A stretch of 64,000 nt of DNA, taken from positions 12,086 to 76,085 of the forward strand of contig JAGFZV010000014.1 in assembly GCA_017889545.1 (NCBI GenBank), in the 5' to 3' direction. The notes below the pieces were generated by a model. It had not been told where the DNA came from and did not search any database. It worked only from the letters and a program-made list of their open reading frames with translations. This document shows, one piece after another, positions 1 to 9,939 of the stretch. This stretch comes from Bacillota bacterium. Its GTDB lineage: Bacteria; Bacillota; Negativicutes; CTSoil-072. Within the stretch, counting starts at the first letter, position 1, and every line of letters starts with the position of its first letter. The translations under genes were made by a program, and so were the position numbers.

Positions 1-1350
1 TAAATGGCCGGCAGGCGCAGCGCCAGGCATGCGAAAAGTTTTTACGTTAACGCGTTTTACCGGCACTTCTGTCGGAGTCGGCAATTGCGGAACCCACTCA
101 TACGGCAGGCGGTAGGCGCGATATACCATGTTCAGGTTCAGTTTTTCACCCCAATATGGGCTGATGTATTCCCAAACCAATTCATGTTTGGCCGTAACTT
201 CGATGACTCGTCCGCCTGAGCCTTCGGTAATTAAGGTATTGCCATTCGGCAGGCGTTGAGCGCCGCTGATAAACGGGCTGTAGAAACGGTTCGAATCGAC
301 CGGATGAAGATATCCGGCTTCATTAGGTGTATACTGCCACACAATCTTCAGTGTAGTCGGATCAAATTCAAGTACCCGCGAATAATCACGCAGGGCGTTT
401 TTCGCACCGGTAGGCGAACCAGGGTTCGGCGCTCCATAACCGGCCCAACCACCATTATCAAAGACCAGAATATTTCCTTCACCGGGCAGTCCGCGCGGGA
501 TCATATGGGCATGATGCTGACCAATAATCCAGCCTAACGCCTTCAATTCCGGGCTGCTGTCATAATATGGTCCGACTTTCCAAGCAATTTTACCGGTTTT
601 TTTATCGATAATCGCAATAATATTCGTTTCCCGGCCATCCCAAATAATATTATCCGGATGGAACCGTTCATCGCCGGCATCATACCATTTATTTGGCCCT
701 AATACCGACATGGAGTTGATGTGCATCCAGTCGCCGCCGGTCGGCCTCATGTTGGGATCGCGGCTCATGATGTTTTTGGCTGCTTCATCAAAGCCGTATT
801 CGTCAAAATGATCGCTGCAGGTCCATTCCCAAACAATGTCGCCATTCCAAGTCGTTTCAATGATGACATCATCAATCAGCACTTTGTCGGAAATTTTGGG
901 GTTTTTAACATTTTTATGGCACAGGATCAATGTGTTTCCTTTGTCAACTTGCGGGTCCATCCCGGGAACATAATAGCCCACGGGGTTTCCTGCCCGCTGG
1001 TAATCATGGTGCTGTCTGGCCATCCACTGCGGTTCCTCGCCCGGATCTTCAATATACTCTAACTGATTGAATTTCCAGACGATATTTCCGTCAAAATCAA
1101 CCTGGATCAAATCAGTTTGATCCTGCATACCAAAAGCATTGTTTCTTTCGCCGGAATGACCGAGCACATAACCGCCCGGCAGCATTTTGTTGGGAAATCC
1201 ATGCAAGCCTTTCCATAGCTGAACTTCCGCTCCGTTCATGTCGATCAACAGGGCGCCTTTTTCCCGTGCCTGATAAATCGTGTAACCGCTCCAGCATTTT
1301 TCAGGGTTGTACACAGTGACTCCAGTTGGATACACGCTTGGATATGTCAT
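1..1350 (-). CDS. Arylsulfotransferase (ASST)-family beta-propeller protein, 3'-truncated by the window edge; absent from the ORF track
   Basis: Manual translation from ATG 1350 (RBS AAGGGAGG): MTYPSVYPTGVTVYNPEKCWSGYT...DWMHINS...GQHHAH...FDNGG...YRAYR. The frame stays open to base 1 and no signal peptide is evident. Confidence 0.8.
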   Translation of the reverse strand, partial: MTYPSVYPTGVTVYNPEKCWSGYTIYQAREKGALLIDMNGAEVQLWKGLHGFPNKMLPGGYVLGHSGERNNAFGMQDQTDLIQVDFDGNIVWKFNQLEYIEDPGEEPQWMARQHHDYQRAGNPVGYYVPGMDPQVDKGNTLILCHKNVKNPKISDKVLIDDVIIETTWNGDIVWEWTCSDHFDEYGFDEAAKNIMSRDPNMRPTGGDWMHINSMSVLGPNKWYDAGDERFHPDNIIWDGRETNIIAIIDKKTGKIAWKVGPYYDSSPELKALGWIIGQHHAHMIPRGLPGEGNILVFDNGGWAGYGAPNPGSPTGAKNALRDYSRVLEFDPTTLKIVWQYTPNEAGYLHPVDSNRFYSPFISGAQRLPNGNTLITEGSGGRVIEVTAKHELVWEYISPYWGEKLNLNMVYRAYRLPYEWVPQLPTPTEVPVKRVNVKTFRMPGAAPAGHL

Positions 1351-1383
1351 GCAATCCCCTCCCTTTACTAGTGGCGTTCTTCC

Positions 1384-2223
1384 TTATGCTTTCTCAATGT
1401 CAACGAGTACCTGATGGTTCCGGGCTGCTGTCCGGTACCGGAATAACATGTCCGCTGTCATTGCCTCTGCCAATTTTAGCCGCTCATCCTGCAGTTCCGC
1501 CGGTTTGGCAAGAGCGATAAAATAAGGTAGTTTTTTGTTTCCGGTGACTTGATCCAGCCATTTTGCCGTTGCGGCAACTTCCTCCGGTTGGAGGTAACTG
1601 ATGGAACCATCCTCACGAAACACCGGAACAATACTGGTCCGGAAACGATAGGCCGGCGCCGTGATGACAAGCGCCATACTTTTTTCAATGTCTGCCGCAT
1701 CTACTGCTTCGCCCACGATTTGACCGTACAAAGCGCCTGGCCCTTTGATATTCATGATCACTACATCAGCCAGTTTCTCAAGTAAGATTTTCTCCAAAAT
1801 CGCCGGGTTTCTGCCGTCCGTGTCCATTTGCAGTTTCATATTGTTTGTCTTTAAATATCTGAGCACATTTAAAAATTCTTCGGCATACTCTGGATTTCCG
1901 CCAGAAATATGAATCCCGTCCACCCATTCTTTATGCAAGGAACCCACCGAAAAAAATCCATTCAATTTTTCCTGATAGTTCAGGTGCGCCAATACCGGGC
2001 CAATTCCCTGCCGGATGACTATTCCATCGCTGAAGATCGGAAACTCCACACCATCGGCGCCGCGATAAATGGCTTTGCGATTTGCTGCGTAAAATTTTTG
2101 AAAAGCTTCTTTGCCTTCCGCTTTCATATCCTGTTCTTCATAGGCAATGCCAAGCTCGGACATGCACCGTTTGGCGATTTTACAGCGGGTACAGCCGGTT
2201 GCTGAATAAATTGTGTTGCTCAT
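1384..2223 (-). CDS. Glutaredoxin-like domain (CTRC) fused to an NrdG/activase-like radical-SAM barrel that lacks CX3CX2C
   Basis: N-terminal IYSATGCTRCKIAK...FP is Grx-like. GIHISGGNP, MDTDGRNP, VIMNIKGP and YRFRTSIVP resemble activase motifs (SGGEP, LDTNG, MDIKAP, YEFRTT). Confidence 0.65.
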   Translation of the reverse strand: MSNTIYSATGCTRCKIAKRCMSELGIAYEEQDMKAEGKEAFQKFYAANRKAIYRGADGVEFPIFSDGIVIRQGIGPVLAHLNYQEKLNGFFSVGSLHKEWVDGIHISGGNPEYAEEFLNVLRYLKTNNMKLQMDTDGRNPAILEKILLEKLADVVIMNIKGPGALYGQIVGEAVDAADIEKSMALVITAPAYRFRTSIVPVFREDGSISYLQPEEVAATAKWLDQVTGNKKLPYFIALAKPAELQDERLKLAEAMTADMLFRYRTAARNHQVLVDIEKA

Positions 2224-2256
2224 TCTTTTCTCTCCTTTAAAACGGGGTTTTCGTTT

Positions 2257-3639
2257 TTACAAATGTACGCCATGGCCGGCAAGAACATGAAGTCCTTCCA
2301 CAACCGCTTCGCTTAAGGTAGGGTGCGGGTAAACCACCTGAGACAATTGAGCGGTAGTCGCTCCCAATGCGATCATGGTTGCCGGACCGGCAATCAATTC
2401 CGTAACATGCGGTCCAATCATGTGCGCCCCCAACAGTTTGTCGGTTTGCGCGTCAGCGATCAGTTTCACAAAGCCGGCATTTTCATTCATGGCCAATGCT
2501 TTTCCATTGGGCACAAAAGGGCTTTGAACCGTTTTAATTTCGTACCCGCGTTCTTTTGCTTGTTTTTCCGTGAGTCCGACAGAAGCAACTTCGACTGTTG
2601 AAAAAATGCAGCGGGGAATATTTTCATATACCAGGGTCTGGGTTTGTTTGTTTGCTATGGCCTCAGCGGCAATCATTCCTTGAGCGGAAGCGACATGCGC
2701 CAAACCCATTTTCCCATTGGTATCGCCAATCGCATAGATATTGGCCACGCTCGTACGCATCTGTTCATCAATTTCGATCCGTCCGCGGTTGGTCGCTACA
2801 CCGATTGCTTCGAGACCGAGCTGCGCAATTTGCGGCGCAAAACCGGTAGCCACCAAGACTTTTTCCACGACGATCTTCTCTTGAACTTCTCCATCCAGAA
2901 CCGTTACTTCTACTCCTGCCGGCGTTTTGACAACACTGGAAACTTTCACGCCGGTTTTTACCTGAATCCCGGCTTTGGCAAATTGCGCCGCCGCTTCCCG
3001 GCATACATCTTCATCCTCGGACGGAAGCACGTACGGCATCATTTCTACCGCCGTGACTTTGGCGCCGTAACGGTTCCAAAGGGTCGCAATTTCCATCCCG
3101 ATCGGGCCAGCGCCGACAATCAGCACGGATGCCGGAACTTTGTCCAACGCTAGGGCTTCCCGCGCGGTAATAATGGTTTCGCCATCGAGGTCTATCCCCG
3201 GAACCGATCGCGGTTTGGCGCCGGTCGCAATAATAATATTTTTCGCCGATACGGTCTCGCCGGAAGGCTGCAATTCGATCGTCGTTTGGTCGATGAAGCG
3301 GGCTTCCCCTTTTAATACCGTTACGTTGCGGTTTTTGAGCAGAATTTCCACGCGTTTTCCTTGCCGTTTGGCAACTTGCCGGCTGCGCTGAAAGGCGGAA
3401 GCATAGTCTACGGAAACGGTTCCGCATTGGAAACCAAAGCTTCGTTCCTGAGAAAGCAAATGAACCACTTCCGAATTGCGAAGCAAGGACTTCGTCGGAA
3501 TACAGCCCCAGTTTACACAGGTTCCACCCAATTGGTCTTTTTCGATCAGAGCTGTTTTGAAGCCCAGCTGACTGGCACGGACCGCTGCCACATAGCCGCC
3601 TGGCCCGCCGCCAATTACAACAACATCATATTGAACCAT
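2257..3639 (-). CDS. lpdA: Dihydrolipoyl dehydrogenase
   Basis: GGGPGGY FAD motif, GGTCVNWGCIPTK redox disulfide, HPTLSE catalytic motif. Confidence 0.95.
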   Translation of the reverse strand: MVQYDVVVIGGGPGGYVAAVRASQLGFKTALIEKDQLGGTCVNWGCIPTKSLLRNSEVVHLLSQERSFGFQCGTVSVDYASAFQRSRQVAKRQGKRVEILLKNRNVTVLKGEARFIDQTTIELQPSGETVSAKNIIIATGAKPRSVPGIDLDGETIITAREALALDKVPASVLIVGAGPIGMEIATLWNRYGAKVTAVEMMPYVLPSEDEDVCREAAAQFAKAGIQVKTGVKVSSVVKTPAGVEVTVLDGEVQEKIVVEKVLVATGFAPQIAQLGLEAIGVATNRGRIEIDEQMRTSVANIYAIGDTNGKMGLAHVASAQGMIAAEAIANKQTQTLVYENIPRCIFSTVEVASVGLTEKQAKERGYEIKTVQSPFVPNGKALAMNENAGFVKLIADAQTDKLLGAHMIGPHVTELIAGPATMIALGATTAQLSQVVYPHPTLSEAVVEGLHVLAGHGVHL

Positions 3640-3702
3640 TCATCTACGTCTCCTTACTCTTACTTGTATCGTTTTACCGTTTACAATATAACACCGCTAT
3701 GA

Positions 3703-4107
3703 TTACAGCTGACCGCTGTATTGTTCGTTCGTTAACAACCCATCCAGTTCTTTCACGTCATCCGGTTGAATAACAATCATCCAGCCGGCGCCATATGGAT
3801 CTTGATTGACTAATTCCGGTGAATCTTCAATCTCCGAGTTCACCGCTACAATTTTGCCGCCTACCGGCATAAAGAGCGCCGATACCGATTTGGCTGATTC
3901 CGCGCTGCCAAATTCCTTGCCCTGCAAAAAAGCATCCCCGACTTGCGGCAGTTCAATGTAGATAATATCGCCCAACTGATCCTGGGCAAAATCGCTGATT
4001 CCTACTTTGATCTGACCATCCTCCAGTTTCGCCCATGTATGTTCCTTGTGATAGCGAAGTTCTGCCGGAAAATTTAAATCCCCTACGTTTTTTTTGTCTT
4101 CTGCCAT
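3703..4107 (-). CDS. gcvH: Glycine cleavage H-protein-like lipoyl carrier
   Basis: YHKEHTW, GISDFAQDQLGDI, ESAKSVS (lipoyl Lys), NQDPYGAGW. Confidence 0.93.
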   Translation of the reverse strand: MAEDKKNVGDLNFPAELRYHKEHTWAKLEDGQIKVGISDFAQDQLGDIIYIELPQVGDAFLQGKEFGSAESAKSVSALFMPVGGKIVAVNSEIEDSPELVNQDPYGAGWMIVIQPDDVKELDGLLTNEQYSGQL

Positions 4108-4206
4108 GCTATCCCTTCCCTTCTGATATTTACGTCTTGGAAATTTGTCAACTGACGCAATATTCTTGTGTTTAAGATAATCATATCACGCCGATGAAAA
4201 AGAGAC

Positions 4207-4320
4207 TTGTAAACCAGACTACAAAACGATAAAAAAATCACGTAATAAATCATAATTTCAATAAATATTTTGCGTTGCGCAAATATTTTTATTTTTTCTT
4301 TACAATGTAATGCAGACTAC
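4207..4320. promoter_or_regulatory. Two GTA-N8-TAC sites (4209-4222 and 4307-4320), candidate Crp-family operators in the divergent gcvH/MFS region
   Basis: TTGTAAACCAGACTACAA and ATGTAATGCAGACTAC. The neighbouring Crp protein has an NtcA-like RVTVT recognition helix. Confidence 0.6.
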
Positions 4321-4459
4321 CGACTGTTACATGTTTCACTTGCTATACTATAGAAAAGGTTGGCCTACAGGCCAAGAGGAGCGGACGTATTGGGAAAGGA
4401 GGCCGGAAGCTTTTAATCATTCGTTTTTTATTCCAGCGAAGCAATAAGGAGGCAAAAAA

Positions 4460-5800
4460 ATGCAGACGGATTCTAAACCTTTGGGCAGAATTAACAATTA
4501 TTTCGATGGGTTGCCGGTTTCTACCGTTCACAAAATTTTGTTCTTTATTATTATGATGTCTTATTTTTTCGAACAAATGGACAACTGGAATTTTGGTTTT
4601 ATCGCGCCTGTCCTAATGAAAAACTGGGGACTTACTATGGCGGACATTGGCAAAGTGAACTTTTACTATTTTTTAGCCATGACTTTGGGCGGTCTGACTG
4701 GCGGCGTCATTTCCGACTTCATTGGCCGCCGGAAAACTTTCTTGGGCGCGATTGTGGTATTTTCGGTCGGATCGATTATCTCCGGATTTGCCACTGATTT
4801 GTTTACCATCATTTGGAGCCGGGCAATGACCGGCTTTGGTGTTTTTTGTCTAATGGTCTGTTCGCAAGCTTATCTGGCCGAAATTTCTCCAGCGGAAACC
4901 CGCGGCAAATGGCAGGGGTTGGTCGCTGCCGTTGGCTTTACAGCCGCCCCGCTGGTTGGCGGACTTTGCCGCTGGATCATTCCGATGTCACCGGAAGCCT
5001 GGCGATATATTTTCTTCTTCGGCGGGCTAGGATTAGTCGGTTTTCTCGTTGGCCTTAGGTATTTAAAAGAATCACCGCGTTGGCTGGTAGCGCAAAAACG
5101 CGTTACAGAAGCGGAGCAAGTGATTGAAGATCTTTCCGGCATCCGCGTGGACTTGAGCGAAGTTGCCGCCAAAGTGGAAGTCCGCCACAGTCCGGTTGAG
5201 GTTTTCACCGGCATGTTCTCTGCGAAATATCTGAAGCGGACACTGGTATTGCTCATCTGGGTGGCCTTTACCGTTCCAGCCACTTTTATTGTCACTGTTT
5301 GGACGCCAACTCTTCTGAACAAACACGGATTAAGCGTAGAAGATAGTTTAATGGCTTCCTTTATTTTGATGATCGGCGTACCGGTTGGCTGTTACATCGC
5401 CTCTCTCATTTCTGACAAGGGCGGCCGCAAAATACCGCTTTGCGCTACTGCCGTCGCCATAACGATCTTTGGTCTCATTTTCAGCCAGTTGACTTCCTTC
5501 TGGCCGCTGACCATCGCCGGTTTTTGTCTCATCTCCTCAGTCATGGCGAATGGGTTTATCACGTTCAGCTATATCGCCGAATCGTACCCTACTAAAATGC
5601 GCAACACGGCAACTGGCATTCAAATGTCGGCCGGCCGCCTGGCAACCTCTTTTATGCAGCCTGTCGTTCCCATCGTTTTTGCCGGGTATGGTTTTTTCGG
5701 TGTGTACGGGTTGGTCGCATCCCTCTGTGTTTTACCGCTTCTTGTCGTTTTAGTCTGGGGTATTCGAACAGGCGGCAAATCTTTGGAAGAGATCAGTTAA
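4460..5800 (+). CDS. MFS transporter (aromatic acid/sugar porter-like)
   Basis: SDFIGRRK and SDKGGRK motif A, ESPRWL, ~12 hydrophobic segments. Confidence 0.9.
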   Translation: MQTDSKPLGRINNYFDGLPVSTVHKILFFIIMMSYFFEQMDNWNFGFIAPVLMKNWGLTMADIGKVNFYYFLAMTLGGLTGGVISDFIGRRKTFLGAIVVFSVGSIISGFATDLFTIIWSRAMTGFGVFCLMVCSQAYLAEISPAETRGKWQGLVAAVGFTAAPLVGGLCRWIIPMSPEAWRYIFFFGGLGLVGFLVGLRYLKESPRWLVAQKRVTEAEQVIEDLSGIRVDLSEVAAKVEVRHSPVEVFTGMFSAKYLKRTLVLLIWVAFTVPATFIVTVWTPTLLNKHGLSVEDSLMASFILMIGVPVGCYIASLISDKGGRKIPLCATAVAITIFGLIFSQLTSFWPLTIAGFCLISSVMANGFITFSYIAESYPTKMRNTATGIQMSAGRLATSFMQPVVPIVFAGYGFFGVYGLVASLCVLPLLVVLVWGIRTGGKSLEEIS

Positions 5801-5820
5801 GCGAAATCGATCACATTATA

Positions 5821-5866
5821 AAACAGCGAGAACTTCTCCCTATACGGACGAAGTTCTCGCTGTTTT
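5821..5866. terminator. Intrinsic terminator-like hairpin after the MFS gene
   Basis: 16-bp inverted repeat AAACAGCGAGAACTTC/GAAGTTCTCGCTGTTT. Confidence 0.7.
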
Positions 5867-5946
5867 GGCATACAATGAATGACCATGATATACTAAGATT
5901 GCAATCGAATATTATGCGAGCATGATGCTTGAAAGAGGGATCAGTT

Positions 5947-6657
5947 ATGGGCGAAAACAACAACAACGAACTATTGTCCACTTCTCCCTGGTTCACTGCC
6001 GGTCAGCAATATGGATCCAATCCGGCAATTACAGCAGAAGATCTTAGCTTTCTCCGTTCTCTTGGAACGACAAAGACGTTTCCAAAGGGATCCTTAATTG
6101 CAACAAACGGTACCTGCATCTGTAATCTGTTCTACATGCTCAGCGGTCTGGTCCAATATGTTACGACCAGCGCCGACGGCACAGAAAAAATCATCATGTA
6201 TGCTACACCGGGCTGTTTTTTTGCTGAAGAAGCGTTTTTTCATCAGCAGCCGATCATTTTTAATCTTGAGGTCCTGATGCCGGCGGAAGTGATCGTGATT
6301 GATCCGCAAAAAGTGGATGAAATGATGTCCCGCCCCGCTATTGCACTTTTTTTACTGCGTTCCGTCAGTATGAAAACCAGAATTCTCGCCTACCAAATAG
6401 AAGATCTGGCCTTTCGCACGACAGAGCAGAAAATCTGCCGCATCTTATATTGCCTTTTCGCCCAGCAAGACAGTAAAGGGAAAATACACTTCACCCACCA
6501 GGATTTAGCAGATTTAACCGGCACCCACAGGGTCACCGTTACGAATGCTCTTGCCTTTTTGAGGAAAGCCGGAATTATTACCATAAAGCCAGGTGGCGTA
6601 ATTGAGATTGCAGACCACGAGCGACTTAAACAAAAAGGTTTTTCCAATCACATGTGA
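5947..6657 (+). CDS. Crp/Fnr family transcriptional regulator
   Basis: cNMP-like beta-roll plus HTH THQDLADLTGTHRVTVT; start placed at the ATG after RBS GAGGGA. Confidence 0.9.
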   Translation: MGENNNNELLSTSPWFTAGQQYGSNPAITAEDLSFLRSLGTTKTFPKGSLIATNGTCICNLFYMLSGLVQYVTTSADGTEKIIMYATPGCFFAEEAFFHQQPIIFNLEVLMPAEVIVIDPQKVDEMMSRPAIALFLLRSVSMKTRILAYQIEDLAFRTTEQKICRILYCLFAQQDSKGKIHFTHQDLADLTGTHRVTVTNALAFLRKAGIITIKPGGVIEIADHERLKQKGFSNHM

Positions 6658-6678
6658 TTTCGCCCTCAGGATAACCGC

Positions 6679-9195
6679 TTACCATCCATAACGTTTGAAA
6701 AACCACCGTTTTGTATATTCGACCAAGATAAGATACACAATTACCAACGCTGTAATTGTGATGAAGTATACCCCCGAAAGCGGTGTGAACCCGAAAAAAC
6801 TGCCTAAAGATGTATATGCGACCATGATACCAGCAACAACACTGAATATCGTAGTCATGATCAGCCATTTACTCGGCCGGCTTTGAAAAATGCTGCGCCG
6901 GGAACGGATAATATAAATAACCAGAACTTGCGTTGCCAGCGATTCAATAAACCAGGCTGTCTGAAACAGAGACTCTGTTGCCTGAAAAACATAAATTAAC
7001 AGTAAAAACAGCAAAATATCAAATACAGAACTGACTGTCCCGAACACAATCATAAAGTGACGGATAAAAGTCATGTCCCACCGTTTCGGTCTCCTAACCG
7101 CTTCTTTATCGACCAAATCGGTCGGAATAGCGATTTGCGACATATCATAGAGGAAATTATTCAACAGAACTTGCACCGGCAGCATCGGCAAAAATGGCAC
7201 TAAAAGCGCAGCCACCGACATGCTGAACATATTTCCGAAATTAGAGCTTGTTCCCATCATAATATATTTCATTGTATTGGCAAAGGTGCGGCGGCCCTCG
7301 ATCACGCCATCTTTCAATGCGTCAAGGTTCTTATCCATTAAGATCAGAGAAGCGGACGCCTTGGCAACGTCTACTGCATTATTAACAGAGATCCCCACAT
7401 CAGCCGCCCGCAACGAAGGCGCGTCATTAATGCCGTCACCGAGGTAGCCGACAACATGTCCGTTCCGCCGCAAAAGATGTATAATCCGGTCTTTTTGGCT
7501 AGGAGTCAAGCGGGCAAATACAGAGATTTCATCAACGTTTCGAGCCAACGCATCATTGCTGATCCGATCCATTTCAGACCCCAATAGGATACGGGCGACA
7601 GGCAAACCCACCTCCTCACACACCTTCTGGGTAATCAGTTCATTGTCCCCCGTTAAAATTTTGATCGTAACACCTAATTGTTTTATTTCCCGTATCGTTT
7701 CTGCAACGGAACTTTTCGGCGGATCAAAAAAGCTCAGCATACCGGCAAAAATCAAATCCTGTTCATCTTGCGTGTCGAAACTGGTTTGCTCTGGCGATAC
7801 CGGTTTATAAGCGATGGCAATCACTTTATAGCCTTGGGCGCTTTGCGCTTCAAAATGGTTCCTCACTTTTTCCATGATTTCATCAACCAGGGGATAAACT
7901 GCCCCGTCTTGATCATATTGCGTGCACTGAACGAAAATGCTTTCCGGCGCGCCTTTAACAATAAGAAGCCGTTCTGACTCTCTGCCAACAATAACAGAGA
8001 GCATGCGACGCACAAAATCAAACGGGATCTCGTCAATTTTTTGATACGAATCAGCTTCGTCCGGTTTACCCCCGGCAACAATCGCCAAATCAAGCGGATT
8101 CTTCATTCCGCCCTGCAAGGCGCTATTCAGGTAAGCAAATAAAATGAGCTGCTCATTAGGCCTTCCTGCCGAATCTTGATGGCCGACCAATTCCAACTCT
8201 CCTTCAGTCAAAGTCCCTGTTTTATCTGAACAGAGAATATCCATGCTACCGAAATTTTGGATCGATGCCAGCCATTTCACAATGACACCCTTACGGGCCA
8301 TGGCAACTGCGCCATTAGCCAAGTTTATCGTCATAATCATCGGCAGAAGCTCAGGGGTCAATCCGACCGAAATTGCCACCGCAAATAGAAACGACTCGAA
8401 AAAGCCTTTGTGCATCAACGCATTAATCAAAAAAATCACTGATACCAATATGAAAATGATCCGCACCAGCAGAATGCTGAAGTCTTTGATCCCATGCTCA
8501 AAATCCGTTAATGGCGGTTTAGCGATTAGAGCATGGGCAATTTTGCCGATTTCAGTATCTTTACCAGTGGAAACTACCAAAGCCTGTCCCATTCCGCTGG
8601 TAACACTGGATCCCATAAAGAGCGCATAATCCATTTCTGTGAGCAGCGCAGCCGTTTGAGGCCCGGATGCAGCCTTCTTATCCACTGGAAAAGACTCCCC
8701 TGTTAGGCTTGACTGATTTACGTAGAGACTGTTTGCCATAATGAGACGGGAATCACCGGGAATAATGTCGCCGGCCGAAAGGAACACTACGTCACCGGGA
8801 ACGATTCGGCCAATTTCCACCTCCTGTTTAACGCCATCCCTAAGCACGGTGGCATGAACCGCTACCTGACGACTCAATTCGGCAGCCGCTTTCATTGAAC
8901 GCCGTTCATGGTAAAATTGCAGGCTCACGCTCAGCAGCACCATAACCGCAATGATTACAGCGCCGCTGCTTTCTCCCAGAAAATAGGACAGGAAGGCAGA
9001 AATCAATAAAACAAGCACCAATGGATTTAAAAATTGGCGTAAAAAAGCCTCTACATCAGACATGGCGCGATTTTGTTCTAATGCATTGATCCCATAACGA
9101 CGCAGGCGCTTCTCCGCTTCTTGTTCACTAAGACCGGCGGAGCTGGTTTCCAGCTCTTGAAACATGTCTTGAACATCTGCATTTAGCGACGGCAA
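6679..9195 (-). CDS. mgtA: Mg2+-translocating P-type ATPase
   Basis: TGES, VGLTPE, DKTGTLT, PFDFVRR, GDGIND and SSNFGNMFS (P3B signature). Confidence 0.9.
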   Translation of the reverse strand: MPSLNADVQDMFQELETSSAGLSEQEAEKRLRRYGINALEQNRAMSDVEAFLRQFLNPLVLVLLISAFLSYFLGESSGAVIIAVMVLLSVSLQFYHERRSMKAAAELSRQVAVHATVLRDGVKQEVEIGRIVPGDVVFLSAGDIIPGDSRLIMANSLYVNQSSLTGESFPVDKKAASGPQTAALLTEMDYALFMGSSVTSGMGQALVVSTGKDTEIGKIAHALIAKPPLTDFEHGIKDFSILLVRIIFILVSVIFLINALMHKGFFESFLFAVAISVGLTPELLPMIMTINLANGAVAMARKGVIVKWLASIQNFGSMDILCSDKTGTLTEGELELVGHQDSAGRPNEQLILFAYLNSALQGGMKNPLDLAIVAGGKPDEADSYQKIDEIPFDFVRRMLSVIVGRESERLLIVKGAPESIFVQCTQYDQDGAVYPLVDEIMEKVRNHFEAQSAQGYKVIAIAYKPVSPEQTSFDTQDEQDLIFAGMLSFFDPPKSSVAETIREIKQLGVTIKILTGDNELITQKVCEEVGLPVARILLGSEMDRISNDALARNVDEISVFARLTPSQKDRIIHLLRRNGHVVGYLGDGINDAPSLRAADVGISVNNAVDVAKASASLILMDKNLDALKDGVIEGRRTFANTMKYIMMGTSSNFGNMFSMSVAALLVPFLPMLPVQVLLNNFLYDMSQIAIPTDLVDKEAVRRPKRWDMTFIRHFMIVFGTVSSVFDILLFLLLIYVFQATESLFQTAWFIESLATQVLVIYIIRSRRSIFQSRPSKWLIMTTIFSVVAGIMVAYTSLGSFFGFTPLSGVYFITITALVIVYLILVEYTKRWFFKRYGW

Positions 9196-9277
9196 GCGAT
9201 CGCCCCCTCATCACTAGATATTCCCTGCAATTTGTCCTTACAACCATTGTTTCTGCGCTATGGAAATCTTCTTTATC

Positions 9278-9880
9278 TTATTTGCCCTGTACAATAGTGA
9301 TCTTGTTAATAATCACCTTTTCTACTGGTTTATCTTGCGCGTCTACCTTGACTTTGCCAATCGCCTTCACTATATCCATCCCCTCAATCACCCTGCCAAA
9401 TATCGCGTGCTTGTTGTCCAGGTGCGGTGTCGGAGCCAACGTGATGAAAAACTGCGATCCCCCAGTATTGGGCCCGGCATTCGCCATGGACAAGATTCCT
9501 TCTCCAGAATGGCGCAGGTCGCGATGAAACTCATCCGCAATCTTGTACCCGGGGCCGCCCGTACCGTTTCCTTTGGGGTCTCCGCCCTGGATCATAAAGC
9601 CATCAATTACCCGGTGAAAAATTAAGCCGTCATAAAACTGTTTGTTTACCAATGCAATAAAATTCTTTGCGGTATTCGGCGCTTTATCTTCGAAAAGCTC
9701 GATGCGAAATATTCCTTTTGAAGTTTCAAAAACCGCCGTGCTGTTGTGCGGATTCACAGCGATTGCTGTTTGCGGCTGGCTGGCAGGCTGACTCGGTGTT
9801 TTGCCGGTATTCGTAGCAGAACAGCCGGCAAACAATAACATGCTGCAGCATAAAAAAATCATACCCCACGTATTCTTCAT
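9278..9880 (-). CDS. Cyclophilin-type peptidyl-prolyl isomerase, lipoprotein
   Basis: [30 protein letters not shown], lipobox LFAGC. Confidence 0.93.
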   Translation of the reverse strand: MKNTWGMIFLCCSMLLFAGCSATNTGKTPSQPASQPQTAIAVNPHNSTAVFETSKGIFRIELFEDKAPNTAKNFIALVNKQFYDGLIFHRVIDGFMIQGGDPKGNGTGGPGYKIADEFHRDLRHSGEGILSMANAGPNTGGSQFFITLAPTPHLDNKHAIFGRVIEGMDIVKAIGKVKVDAQDKPVEKVIINKITIVQGK

Positions 9881-9939
9881 TCACTAACTCCTCTCTAAAT
9901 TTACGCTAAAATTTTACCCTTTTTTTGGAAAATTCGCTT

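Noticed and set aside
4-1297. Short ORFs listed at the window start
   Set aside because: They are shadows of the long minus-strand ASST-like frame 1350 to 1
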